Source: an uncultured delta proteobacterium (GTDB lineage Bacteria > Desulfobacterota > WTBG01 > CAIYCZ01 > CAIRTM01). From it: 64,000 nt of DNA. The translations under genes and the position numbers were made by a program. The DNA is taken from NCBI GenBank assembly GCA_963804955.1, contig CAWDSQ010000032.1:98900-162899 (forward strand), in the 5' to 3' direction. The notes beneath the pieces were generated by a model that ran no database searches, was not told where the DNA came from, and saw only the letters and a program-made list of their open reading frames with translations. This document shows, piece by piece, positions 8,162 to 17,732 of the stretch (the first letter of the stretch is position 1; each line of letters opens with the position of its first letter).

Positions 8162-8536
8162 GTGACAATCTCTACTTCATATGACCGTTTAAGGAATTTG
8201 ACCATTTTCACCGCAAAAGGAGAGCTGACATACGCAGAGCAATTAGCAACTCTTAAAGAGTTTTACGATGGACACCCCACCGTCAATGTAATTTGGGATT
8301 TCCGTTCTATAGAAGGAAGCCGGATCACCTCTGAAGAACTGAATAGAATTATATCATTTATTAAAAGCCAGGAGAGCAATCGCCCTCAAGGAAAAACGGC
8401 CCTGGTGGCCACAACCGATTTAGATTTCGGCCTGTCAAGAATGGGCCAGGCCTATGCCGATATACAGGAGTTGCCCTGGCAAATCCAGGCATATCGTTCA
8501 ATGGATGAGGCCATAAAATGGATTGAAGAAGTCTAG
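8162..8536 (+). CDS. Hypothetical protein (STAS/SEC14-like)
   Basis: VIWDFR...KTALVATTDLDFGLSRM...FRS/YRSMDEAIKWI pattern. Confidence 0.6.
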   Translation: MTISTSYDRLRNLTIFTAKGELTYAEQLATLKEFYDGHPTVNVIWDFRSIEGSRITSEELNRIISFIKSQESNRPQGKTALVATTDLDFGLSRMGQAYADIQELPWQIQAYRSMDEAIKWIEEV

Positions 8537-8769
8537 CGCTATGCGCACCCTGCGAGCCTTTCCCCGGAACTCCAATGCTTAAAAAATCCATCAGCCGCGA
8601 TTAAAGACCACAAAGACCCTTTATTGTTGCCTGCCCCTGCCCTGCTAAAATGCCGCTGGTATGCTTGTACACATTTTAGAACAGAGCCGCTCATCTGTTC
8701 GGCTGTTTTTTTATGGCCGTCGCACATGATGTACATTTTGCTTGCACCTCAGAAGTTTTCAAGGGTGCT

Positions 8770-10008
8770 TTATGCGGACCGGCGCAGGCTTTGAATGCGC
8801 TCAAGCACCGGCGGGTGGCTGTATTCGAGAAAGACCTTTGCCGGGTGGGGCGTGAGGTTGGAAAGATTATCGACGCTCAGTTTTTTCAGCGCTGTAACAA
8901 GTGTCTCGGGGCTTTTGACGGTTCGGGCCGCAAAATCGTCGGCCTCGAATTCATGCCGGCGGGAAAGGATGTTTGCGCCGATGCCGAGGAGCATTTCTAT
9001 GGGAGTATAGAGGAACCCAAAAAAGAAAAGAGTAGCATAAAGAGACGTATGCTCCATCCCGAAAGCAGCGCTTAAGGAAGGGTTGTTGAGAAACAGCGAT
9101 AAAATATAAAACATGATGCCGCTGGTTACTATGGACATGGCGAGCATCCGGATGATATGCCGCTTTTTGTAATGCCCTACTTCGTGGGCAAGAATGGCCA
9201 CCAGCTCGTCGGCGCTGTGTTGCGCAATAAGAGTATCAAAAAGCACGATACGGCGGAAGCGGCCAAAGCCGGTAAAAAAGGCATTTGACTTTGTGGAGCG
9301 CCGCGACCCGTCCATGGTAAATATCCCCTGCATTTTGAACTGCTGCTCGCGGGCGTAGCGCTCGATGGCCTCTTTCAGCTCTCCGTCGGCCAGGGGTGTG
9401 AACTTGTTAAAGAGCGGCATGATCACAGCCGGGGCAAAAAACATGAGCACTATCTGAATGACCGTCACAGCTGCCCAGCACCAGAGCCAGGCCAGGGGCC
9501 CTGTTTTTTGAAAAAACCAGAGCACCAGCGCCAGCACGGGGCCGCCGATGGCAGCGGCAAGCAGCCAGCCTTTGAGATGATCGACTATAAAGACTTGAAG
9601 CGTGGTTTTATTGAAACCGTAGCGCTCTTCGATGACAAAGGTTGCATAGGCTGAAAAGGGTATATGGATACTATCTGCTGCCAGCAGCAGGATGCCTGCA
9701 AAGAAGAGCCCTGTGGGTATTTCCCCGAAACCCGCAGACCGTGCAATGCCATCGACAGCATTGAACCCGCCAAGCAGGATGAAAGCAACCGTGAGGATCA
9801 AAAAAAACGTATCGGCAATGCAGCCGAATATGGTGGTGTCGCGCAGGTACTGCTGGGAGGTTGCATATTTTCCGGCATCATACCAGCCCTGAAATTCCGC
9901 AGGCAGGTCAGGCTTGAGAGCGCGCAGGTTCAAAATCTCAATTGCTAGATCAAGAATCCAGCTCAGTATGAGCACAGCCAGAATAAAAATCAGGTAACCG
10001 TTCAACAC
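8770..10008 (-). CDS. M48 family metallopeptidase (Ste24-like)
   Basis: Multiple TM segments; DGSRRSTKSNAFFTG, HEVGH, EFEAD, YSHPP. Confidence 0.95.
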   Translation of the reverse strand: MLNGYLIFILAVLILSWILDLAIEILNLRALKPDLPAEFQGWYDAGKYATSQQYLRDTTIFGCIADTFFLILTVAFILLGGFNAVDGIARSAGFGEIPTGLFFAGILLLAADSIHIPFSAYATFVIEERYGFNKTTLQVFIVDHLKGWLLAAAIGGPVLALVLWFFQKTGPLAWLWCWAAVTVIQIVLMFFAPAVIMPLFNKFTPLADGELKEAIERYAREQQFKMQGIFTMDGSRRSTKSNAFFTGFGRFRRIVLFDTLIAQHSADELVAILAHEVGHYKKRHIIRMLAMSIVTSGIMFYILSLFLNNPSLSAAFGMEHTSLYATLFFFGFLYTPIEMLLGIGANILSRRHEFEADDFAARTVKSPETLVTALKKLSVDNLSNLTPHPAKVFLEYSHPPVLERIQSLRRSA

Positions 10009-10382
10009 TGCATCCTTCCTGAGGCGGCCCTTCTCCAGCTGTGAATAGATTAAACTGGAAGATTTAACAAAATGCTATAGCCATTAGTCCTGCGAGTATC
10101 TTGAATACTGATCCCGGTTATTCCGGCTTGCTCGTAATCGTTTTTCTGCACGCTCAAAAAGAATTCCCCTGAAGCGGAAAGGACACGGAATGCTGCCTGC
10201 AATGGTGCGCGCAGCGCACCCTGCAGCTGTGCAGGGATACGTGCATACATGAAACTCTGTGCGGCGCCTGGGCGGCACGTATCCTGTCCCTCATGGCTGA
10301 AACGGGATTGTATCCAGCCCCTTCTTTATGTGGTGCAGCAGCTTACCCAACAGGGGGGGCGGAAAAGAAAATCCGGGCGCCT

Positions 10383-10910
10383 CTACTGCGGCAAATAAGG
10401 CTTGTTGCAGCCTTCGGGCAGAATCTTTTTGATTATGTCCTCGATTTTATCGAAATCATGAACCCCCAGCAGCCTCTTTTCGATGCCGCCCTGGGTATTG
10501 ACGATAAGCGTTGTGGGCAGGGTAAAAACCCTGTTCTGCCTGGCGACCTTGATCGTGTCGATAAGGTACAGATGCCGTATCTGGTGATCTTTGATAAACT
10601 GGCTGATTTTCTGATCATCACAGCTCACATCAATGTCGATGCCGACAACGACAAGCCCTGCCTGCTCATATTTATCCCTGAGCCGGCGCACCACGGGCAG
10701 CATCTCAACGCAGGGCTTGCAGTAAATCGAGCCGAAAATAATCAGCATGGTCCTGCCGCGGAATGACGAGGTGGAAATCTGCTGCTTGGTCGTAAAATCG
10801 TTCAGCGTGAAATCAACCAGGTCGTCTGCCTGCGCGGAAACGCCAATCGCACCGGACAGGGCAAGGCATGCCAGGGAACACCAAATAAACAGAGGCCGTG
10901 ATCTTTTCAT
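10383..10910 (-). CDS. Exported TlpA-like thiol-disulfide oxidoreductase
   Basis: Signal peptide; FGSIYCKPC; cis-Pro motif LPTT. Confidence 0.88.
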   Translation of the reverse strand: MKRSRPLFIWCSLACLALSGAIGVSAQADDLVDFTLNDFTTKQQISTSSFRGRTMLIIFGSIYCKPCVEMLPVVRRLRDKYEQAGLVVVGIDIDVSCDDQKISQFIKDHQIRHLYLIDTIKVARQNRVFTLPTTLIVNTQGGIEKRLLGVHDFDKIEDIIKKILPEGCNKPYLPQ

Positions 10911-10935
10911 AGAGCTCTTTCTCGAAAACAACTTT

Positions 10936-12621
10936 TTATTTGCAGATATTCGGCACCATCCCGTGATTGCTGCACATGATGGTGTTGTCTAAAAATAAAT
11001 ATGTTCCGTCAAGCGGGCATGTGGCTTTTAATTCTTTTGCGGTGCTCTGCAGAAAGGCGTCGTCCACTGCAAGATCCGGCTGCTTGTGTTTCATGTCGGA
11101 AAGCTTCGCCCTGACCGTGCACATATTATTCACGCACTGCTCCTTCCAGTGCTCATAGCGGAACTTATAGGTCTTCAGCTCACCGAACACCTTTTTGCCG
11201 GCATTCAGCGACTCGTAGAGAAGACTGGAAGACATGGTTGCCGTGGTAATCGCATCGGCTTTCGGGTCGAAGGGAAAATCGCCAAAAATACTTTTCCCGA
11301 CAATCTGTTTTTTGATTTTTTCCACGTCTTCATCGGTCCACGGAATATTGCCCAGTTTTGTCAGTTGCAGAAAGAAAAAGTCCTGTATAACGCCATCCTG
11401 ATCCAGAACATAAAAGAAATGGCTGTCATGACAGATATCACAGAGGCTTGATTTGCTCTCAAGACGCGCAAAAAGAAACACGCCATCACGCCGGGGCTCC
11501 AGGGTGACCACATAGACGGCATTGCCGTTATCAAGCACTTCCTTTTCAACGGCTGCGGCCTTTTTACCATCTTTCTCAACATGGTTTTGTATGAGTTTGA
11601 CGATTTCTTCTTCTTTTGCCTCCGGCACAGCCTTATATTCACCTTTGCCCTGAATAATGGCCTGAGCATTGTAGAGCGTTATACCCTCGTCCTTGAAGGC
11701 GATGCGGCCGTACTCATTAATGAAATAGACTGTCGGGCCTTCTTTGGACCTGAATTGCGCCATGGCTTTTGCATCGACGGGATCGCCGGCATAAAAGCCC
11801 TCGGCTGTCAGTACCTTCGGCAGGGTAAAGCCCTTATACTGCACGATAAGAACCGGAATGTCGGGAAACTGCTTTTTCATATCCATAAGAATTTTTATCT
11901 GGTTTTTCCGGTTGCGCGTATCGTTTGCAACAGGGTAGCGCTTGTCGGAAGGGAAATAGAGCAGAAACTTTTTCCCCTGCAGCTTCTTGTCGTCAATAAT
12001 GCCCTGGGCTGTCTTGATCGCAAATGCCGGCACCCTGTTGCCGGGTGTTGTTCCGGCAAAAGACCCGCGCAGGGCGAACCTGACGGTGTTGAGATAGCGG
12101 TCCTTGGAGGTAACCCCGCCTGCGTGATAGTCGATTATAAAGCGCTGGTCCTCTTTGCGGAGAATATAGGTATGCGGCGTTCCCTGCACATTGCCCGTCA
12201 TATTGAAAATATCTTTTTTCCTGTCGGAAAAAATGGGGTACAGCGCGCCGAAATTTTTCTTGAAATCCCGTATTTCCTCAGGGCTGTTGCCCACGGCAAT
12301 GCCCAGCATGCAGACACGGCTGCTCAGCTCGGGGTCTTTCTGAATGGTCGTGAACAGGTCATTGAAAATTTCGACCTGCAGGCGGCAGGTATGGCAGTAC
12401 ACATTAAGAAACTCAATGATGATGATATCGTGAGACAGCTCACTTAATGAAAACTCCCTGTCCGCTGGAATGCGCAGGTACGAGCACTCCTGCGGGGTCA
12501 GAATATTTTCCCGGGAAAACGGGGGAAAGGGATCTCCCACATTGATTGCAGAGGCGCGTTCAACACCTGCGCACAATGACGCCAGACACAGAATGACATA
12601 CAAAAACATGGTTCTTTTCAT
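10936..12621 (-). CDS. Exported multidomain redox protein: TlpA (CHTC) + degenerate redoxin + CxxCH + FMN-bind-like + Cys-rich C-terminus
   Basis: EFLNVYCHTC...GTPHT; second redoxin-like region with no CxxC; CDICH; DAITTATMSS; CVNNMC...CPLDGTY...CSNHG. Confidence 0.8.
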   Translation of the reverse strand: MKRTMFLYVILCLASLCAGVERASAINVGDPFPPFSRENILTPQECSYLRIPADREFSLSELSHDIIIIEFLNVYCHTCRLQVEIFNDLFTTIQKDPELSSRVCMLGIAVGNSPEEIRDFKKNFGALYPIFSDRKKDIFNMTGNVQGTPHTYILRKEDQRFIIDYHAGGVTSKDRYLNTVRFALRGSFAGTTPGNRVPAFAIKTAQGIIDDKKLQGKKFLLYFPSDKRYPVANDTRNRKNQIKILMDMKKQFPDIPVLIVQYKGFTLPKVLTAEGFYAGDPVDAKAMAQFRSKEGPTVYFINEYGRIAFKDEGITLYNAQAIIQGKGEYKAVPEAKEEEIVKLIQNHVEKDGKKAAAVEKEVLDNGNAVYVVTLEPRRDGVFLFARLESKSSLCDICHDSHFFYVLDQDGVIQDFFFLQLTKLGNIPWTDEDVEKIKKQIVGKSIFGDFPFDPKADAITTATMSSSLLYESLNAGKKVFGELKTYKFRYEHWKEQCVNNMCTVRAKLSDMKHKQPDLAVDDAFLQSTAKELKATCPLDGTYLFLDNTIMCSNHGMVPNICK

Positions 12622-12794
12622 TGCCCCATCCTCCCCCTGTTTAGTAATAGTTTTACTCTATTTAATAACAGATATACTATGACCCTGCAAGAACAACAAC
12701 CATCTAAATACGGCCCGAATTGCCGGCGGATACCCGGCCCCGGGTTTTTCTTTTACCTTGACCTCTCCGTGGACATTATTTTACTATATAATTA

Positions 12795-13007
12795 ATGGAA
12801 AAAGCGAAAAAGCCTCAATGCCCGGACTGCTCCTTCTGCCAATTCTGCTCGGAAACCCGCTGCCGGGCCTGCCGCGGACATGGCGCCGGGCCGCGTAAGC
12901 TGAGCATGAAAGAACAGATTGCCATTCACGAATTGCTTAACAGGGCTGCCGGCGCGCCTGATCAACCCATATTTTATGTACCAAAAAAACGAAAGGAACC
13001 GTCATGA
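12795..13007 (+). CDS. Small Cys-rich hypothetical protein
   Basis: CPDCSFCQFCSETRCRACRG (6 Cys); its stop overlaps the next start. Confidence 0.65.
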   Translation: MEKAKKPQCPDCSFCQFCSETRCRACRGHGAGPRKLSMKEQIAIHELLNRAAGAPDQPIFYVPKKRKEPS

Positions 13008-14127
13008 TAAACCGATCCGCAAGCCTTGCCGTTCTTGTGTGCCTGCTCATATGCATACCCGCATATGCAGAGCGGCAAAAAATTATAGCTGTCGGCGACA
13101 TTTTCCCGGCTGTAACAACAGACTATGCTTTCCCGGCGGAACAGCTTGCCTATTTTGGCATTGACCGCGGGCTGCTTTCCCTGTTCACGAAAAACAGCTT
13201 CTCCATAGCCGACATAAACGCCGAAATTATTTTCGTCGAGTTTTTCAATAATTACTGCAGCTCCTGTCAGGCGCAGGCCCCTGTTCATGAATGATGTCTA
13301 CAAAGCCGTTCAAAAAGACCCGGTGCTTCGCAGCAAGGTGCGCTTCATCGGCATCGGAGCCGGCAATAATGAACGTGAGGTGGCCCAGTTCAAGGAGCGG
13401 CACGAGGTGCCCTTCCCCCTGATTCCGGACCAGCGGTTTTCCTTCTATGATGCCATTGGAGAGCCGGGAGGCACGCCGTTCATGCTGATTCTCAAAAAGC
13501 GCGCTCATGAGGCTGTGGTCGTGGGCACGCATAAGGGGCTGACTCAAAATGCATCGTTTTTTATCAAAAGCCTCACAACAGCCGTTGAACAGGACATCAG
13601 CACACTCACCAAACGCGTCACGGAACAGGATATACCCCGTGACGATACGCGTCAGCTGGCTCTGAATTTGACGCCGAAGCAAACCCTTGACGCTGTATCA
13701 AAAAGCATGGCTGATGCCTGCCCCGACTGCGGGCCAGCATCAGACATCAAACAGATACACAACATCCTCCGGCGAAAGCCTCTATACCGCGACCGTCGAT
13801 GCCGCAGGCAAGCCCCTGACCCTGTACAGCAGCCTGCGCAGCGAGCAGCCTGTCTGCGATGTATGCCACGGCATTCATTTTATCATCACCTTTGATGGAA
13901 GCGGCATCATACGCGACTTTACGCCGCTGCATATAACAAAATACGGCAATGTCGACTGGAATGAATACGACATTGAAAATATGCGCAAGCAGCTTATGGG
14001 CAAAAAGCTCAAAAAAGAACTGATTTTTGATCCTGCCATGGACGCCATATCAACTGCCACCATGAGCTCGGCCCTTATTTATAAGGGTGTCAATGAGCTG
14101 CGGGCGGTGTATAAGGAGCTCAACTAG
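13004..14127 (+). CDS. Exported TlpA (CSSC) + CxxCH + FMN-bind-like protein (two frameshifts)
   Basis: Joined ORFs 13004..13294, 13287..13895 and 13687..14127: EFFNNYCSSC, GGTPF, CDVCHGIHF, ITKYGN..W, DAISTATMSS. Paralogous to 10936..12621. Confidence 0.8.
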
Positions 14128-14170
14128 GAGAGGCGTCGGCGCATGAACATCAATGAAGCGAGGTGCGGCT

Positions 14171-15874
14171 ATGGGCATTGATATCACGATTCAAATCGGC
14201 GGCGAGGCAGGCCAGGGCATACAGACCGTCGGCCAGCTGCTTGCGGCTGTCTGCCGGGAGGCCGGCCTGTATGTTTTCGGCATCAACGATTTCGAGTCGC
14301 GCATCCGGGGAGGCCACAGCTTTTATCAGCTGCGCATTGCCGACCATCAGGTTCGCGCTCCGCACCACCGGGTCAGCCTCCTGATCGCCATGGACGACGC
14401 CACGCTGCGGATCCACCGCGACCAGCTGCTGCCCGGCGGCCTGTGCCTGCTCAACTCAGAAAACACCGTGGCCGAGGGGCCGGTTCGGCCCATTGCATTT
14501 CTTAAGCTTGCCCGTGATGCAGGCGGGGACATACTGGCCAATACCGTGGCAACGGCCGCCGCTCTTGCCCTGCTTGGCGCGCCCGGCGAGCTTCTTGAAA
14601 AAGTCCTGCACACGCAATTTGCCGGCAAAAGCAGCAAGGTCCTTGAGAATAATCTCACAGCCGCCCGCCTGGGCTGCACCGCGGTTAAGGGCATAGAGTT
14701 TAGCTGCATCAGCGCATGGCCTGCCTGCGACAAACACCGCATGATCATGGAAGGCACTGCAGCGCTGTCGCTCGGGGCGCTTGCCGGCGATTGCCGCTTT
14801 GCGAGCCTTTTACCCCATGTCGCCTGCCACGGGCATCATGATGAATCTTGCAGCCTGGCAGGACCGCTTCCCCCTTGTCGTGGAGCAGGCGGAAGACGAA
14901 ATTGCCGCCGCAAACATGATTATCGGGGCATCATATGCAGGCGTCCGTGCGCTTACCGCAACCTCCGGCGGCGGCTTCTGCCTCATGACCGAAGCGGTCG
15001 GGCTTGCCGGCATCTCGGAAACCCCCATCGTCGTTATAAATGCGCAGCGGCCCGGCCCGGCAACAGGCCTTGCAACCCGCACGGCCCAGGCTGATCTGCG
15101 ACAGGTCATGCATGCCGGGCAGGATGAATTTCCCCGCTTTGTCTTTGCGCCAGGCTCTCCCGAGCAGGCCTACGAAACCACAGCCCGTGCCTTTGACCTT
15201 GCTGACACCTATCAGGTGCCGGCTCTTATCCTTGTTGACCAGTATTTCAATGATTCGCTCTACACGCTTGAGGATGACCTTCAGGCGCCTGAAACGGTCA
15301 GACAGCCACACCATTGACGATGCCTCTCAGAAAAATCCGGCAGACTATCAGCGCTACGCCCTGACCGATTCGGGCATATCGCCCCGCGCTGTTCCCTGCG
15401 CCGGCGAAACTCTTGTCATGGTCTGCGGCAATGAGCACAAGCCCGACGGGCACTCAACCGAGAATGCCGGGCTGCGCACTGCCATGGTCGACAAGCGGGC
15501 GCGAAAGCTGCACGGCATGGCTAGCTGACATGCGGCCGCCGACTGTTGCTTACCCGGCTGCAAAAATCCGCCTCATCTGCTGGGGCTCAACGCTGGGAGT
15601 TGTTGCCGAGGCAGTTGAGCTGCTGCGCGCAGGCGGCACCGATGCCGGTTATGCGCACTTCTGCGATATCTGGCCTTTTCCCCGCACGGCAGCCGAAGCA
15701 GCCCTTGCCGGCGCAGAGCGCCTGATTTGCGTTGAACAGAACAGCACTGCCCAGTTTGCCGGCCTCCTGCGGCAGGAAACCGGCATTGTCGTCACGCAGG
15801 CAGTTCTTAAATACGACGGCAGGCCCCTGTATCCGGTTGAAATCGTCAATGCCGTCATGAAAGAAGGGAGGTAG
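14171..15874 (+). CDS. korA: 2-oxoacid:ferredoxin oxidoreductase alpha subunit (frameshifted)
   Basis: IGGEAGQGIQT, SRIRGGHSF, YPMSPAT, EQAEDEIAA, TATSGGGF, QRPGPATG, VEQNSTAQF, KYDGRP. Confidence 0.92.
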
Positions 15875-15877
15875 GAC

Positions 15878-16733
15878 ATGGCATGCCCGAAGGATTTCGA
15901 CAATAGCGTTGAAAACAAATGGTGCCCCGGCTGCGGCAACCACCCGATCTTAAAATCCATGAAAGACGCCCTTGCGCAGCTCGGGCTCGAGCCCCGCGAT
16001 GTGCTCATAGTATCGGGCATCGGCCAGGCTGCAAAAACGCCCCATTACCTGAACTGCAATTTTTTCCACGGCCTGCACGGCCGGGCCCTGCCGGTTGCTA
16101 CCGGAGCAAAGGCGGCAAACCACAGCCTCACGATTCTTGTCAATTCCGGCGACGGCGACTGCTATGGCGAGGGCGGCAACCATTTCATGAATGCCATACG
16201 CCGCAACCTGGATATTACGCTGCTGGTGCATGACAATAAAGTCTACGGCCTCACCAAGGGGCAGGCATCGCCCACATCCGATCTGCACATGATTACCCGT
16301 GCCCAGCCCCACGGCGTCATACTCGAGCCGTTCAATCCCCTGGCCGTGGCGCTGGCTCTCAAGGCAGGCTTTGTGGCCCGGGGCTATGCCGGCAATACGG
16401 AGCATGTTAAGCATGCTCATTCAGGAAGGAGTGCGGCACAAGGGGTTCAGCCTTATTGATATTCTGCAGCCCTGCGTATCGTTCAACCATGTGAACACCT
16501 ACCAGTGGTATGCGGAGCGCGTGTATGATCTGGCAAAGGAGGGCCATGACAGCTCCGACTTTATGGCCGCCATGGTAAAAGCCCGCCAGTGGGGCGATAA
16601 AATTCCTGTGGGCATACTGTACCGGGAAGAAAGCCCGTCATTCACCGACCGCATCGACGGGCTCAAAGACGGGCCCCTTACGGGCCGGACATACGATCCG
16701 GCGCGGCTGCAAAAACTGCTGGCTGAATTTTAG
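15878..16733 (+). CDS. korB: 2-oxoacid:ferredoxin oxidoreductase beta subunit (frameshifted)
   Basis: [45 protein letters not shown]. Confidence 0.93.
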
Positions 16734-16907
16734 AGCATTTTTCTAAATACTGTAGCCGAATTTTCATTTCGGGCGCAGCGAGTCCGAAGGTTGCGCAACC
16801 GCATCAATCTTTAAAGATCTCTCCCTTCGGAGGCTGTGTTGAGCGAAGTCGTCTCGGTCGAGATGACAGAATGGATACGGTTATAGAAAAAGAAAAATGC
16901 TCTAAAA
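16728..16907. mobile_element. Putative MITE with 17-bp terminal inverted repeats
   Basis: TTTTAGAGCATTTTTCT (16728-16744) and AGAAAAATGCTCTAAAA (16891-16907); no ORF; contains part of a GTCAT-type repeat. Confidence 0.6.
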
Positions 16908-16909
16908 AC

Positions 16910-16935
16910 AAAGGCGCGCTCACTAGCGCGCCTTT
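16910..16935. terminator. Hairpin between convergent korB and batE
   Basis: AAAGGCGCGCT-CACT-AGCGCGCCTTT. Confidence 0.7.
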
Positions 16936-16964
16936 CTGCTGAGGAAATATTTTTCCAGCTCGCC

Positions 16965-17732
16965 TTATGTTCCGTTCACGATGCCGATGGATGATTTCTG
17001 GACCCAGCCCTTCTTGCCGTCGCACAGGGTGATTTTGAGCCACTCATTTTCTTCGCCGGTAACAGCCAGCTCCGCTCCTTCATGCAGCTTGAACAGAACG
17101 GTATCGCTCAGGCTGCTGCCCGACCTGACCATGACCTCCCCTGCCAGCACCACGCCGGTGCGGCTGTATGCCGCGCTGTACAGTTTCACCCCAAGGCTCG
17201 CGCCCAGCAGCAGGGCAAGAAATAAAAACACATACAGGCCGATGTTCAGCAGATCGGCGCGCAGAAAAAGCCGCACAATGAACAGGAGCCAGAAAACGGC
17301 ATTGACGGCGAGAAACACAAAGCACAGCTCCCGGCAGCTGAGCTTTGCATACCAGAAGCAGACCGTTTTCAGAAGGCTTTCGCCTTCGCCGCAGTCGATT
17401 TTATCCTGTGCCTGACCCAGCGCATACTGCAGGTTGGCTTCCAAATCCGCATCGCGGGGCATAAACAGCTCTGCCTTGCGGTAATTGAGTATGGCCCTGC
17501 CGGTGTCGCCTTTTTTCAAACAGGCATTGCCGAGATTATACAGAATTTCGCCGTTGCGCACACCTGCTGCAATCAGCTTTTCATAGCCTGCTGCCGCGCC
17601 TGCAAAATCTCCGCTTTTATAGGCCTGATTAGCCTGCAGAAACAGCGTAGATATGTCGGGCTGACCGTCATCGGCATGGACGACGGCACCAAGGCATAAG
17701 CAACATGCGATAATGCACAGCAGGCTTTTCAT
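16965..17732 (-). CDS. BatE-like TPR + SH3 protein
   Basis: Signal peptide, TPR (LYNLGNA...GRAILNYRKA), two TM, C-terminal SH3b (FKLHEG...GKKGWV). Confidence 0.82.
   Translation of the reverse strand: MKSLLCIIACCLCLGAVVHADDGQPDISTLFLQANQAYKSGDFAGAAAGYEKLIAAGVRNGEILYNLGNACLKKGDTGRAILNYRKAELFMPRDADLEANLQYALGQAQDKIDCGEGESLLKTVCFWYAKLSCRELCFVFLAVNAVFWLLFIVRLFLRADLLNIGLYVFLFLALLLGASLGVKLYSAAYSRTGVVLAGEVMVRSGSSLSDTVLFKLHEGAELAVTGEENEWLKITLCDGKKGWVQKSSIGIVNGT

Noticed and set aside
13280..13300. TGA just after the CxxC domain as possible selenocysteine
   Set aside because: The protein continues in a different frame (QAPV/MNDVY), so this is an indel, and both Cys of CSSC are ordinary codons.
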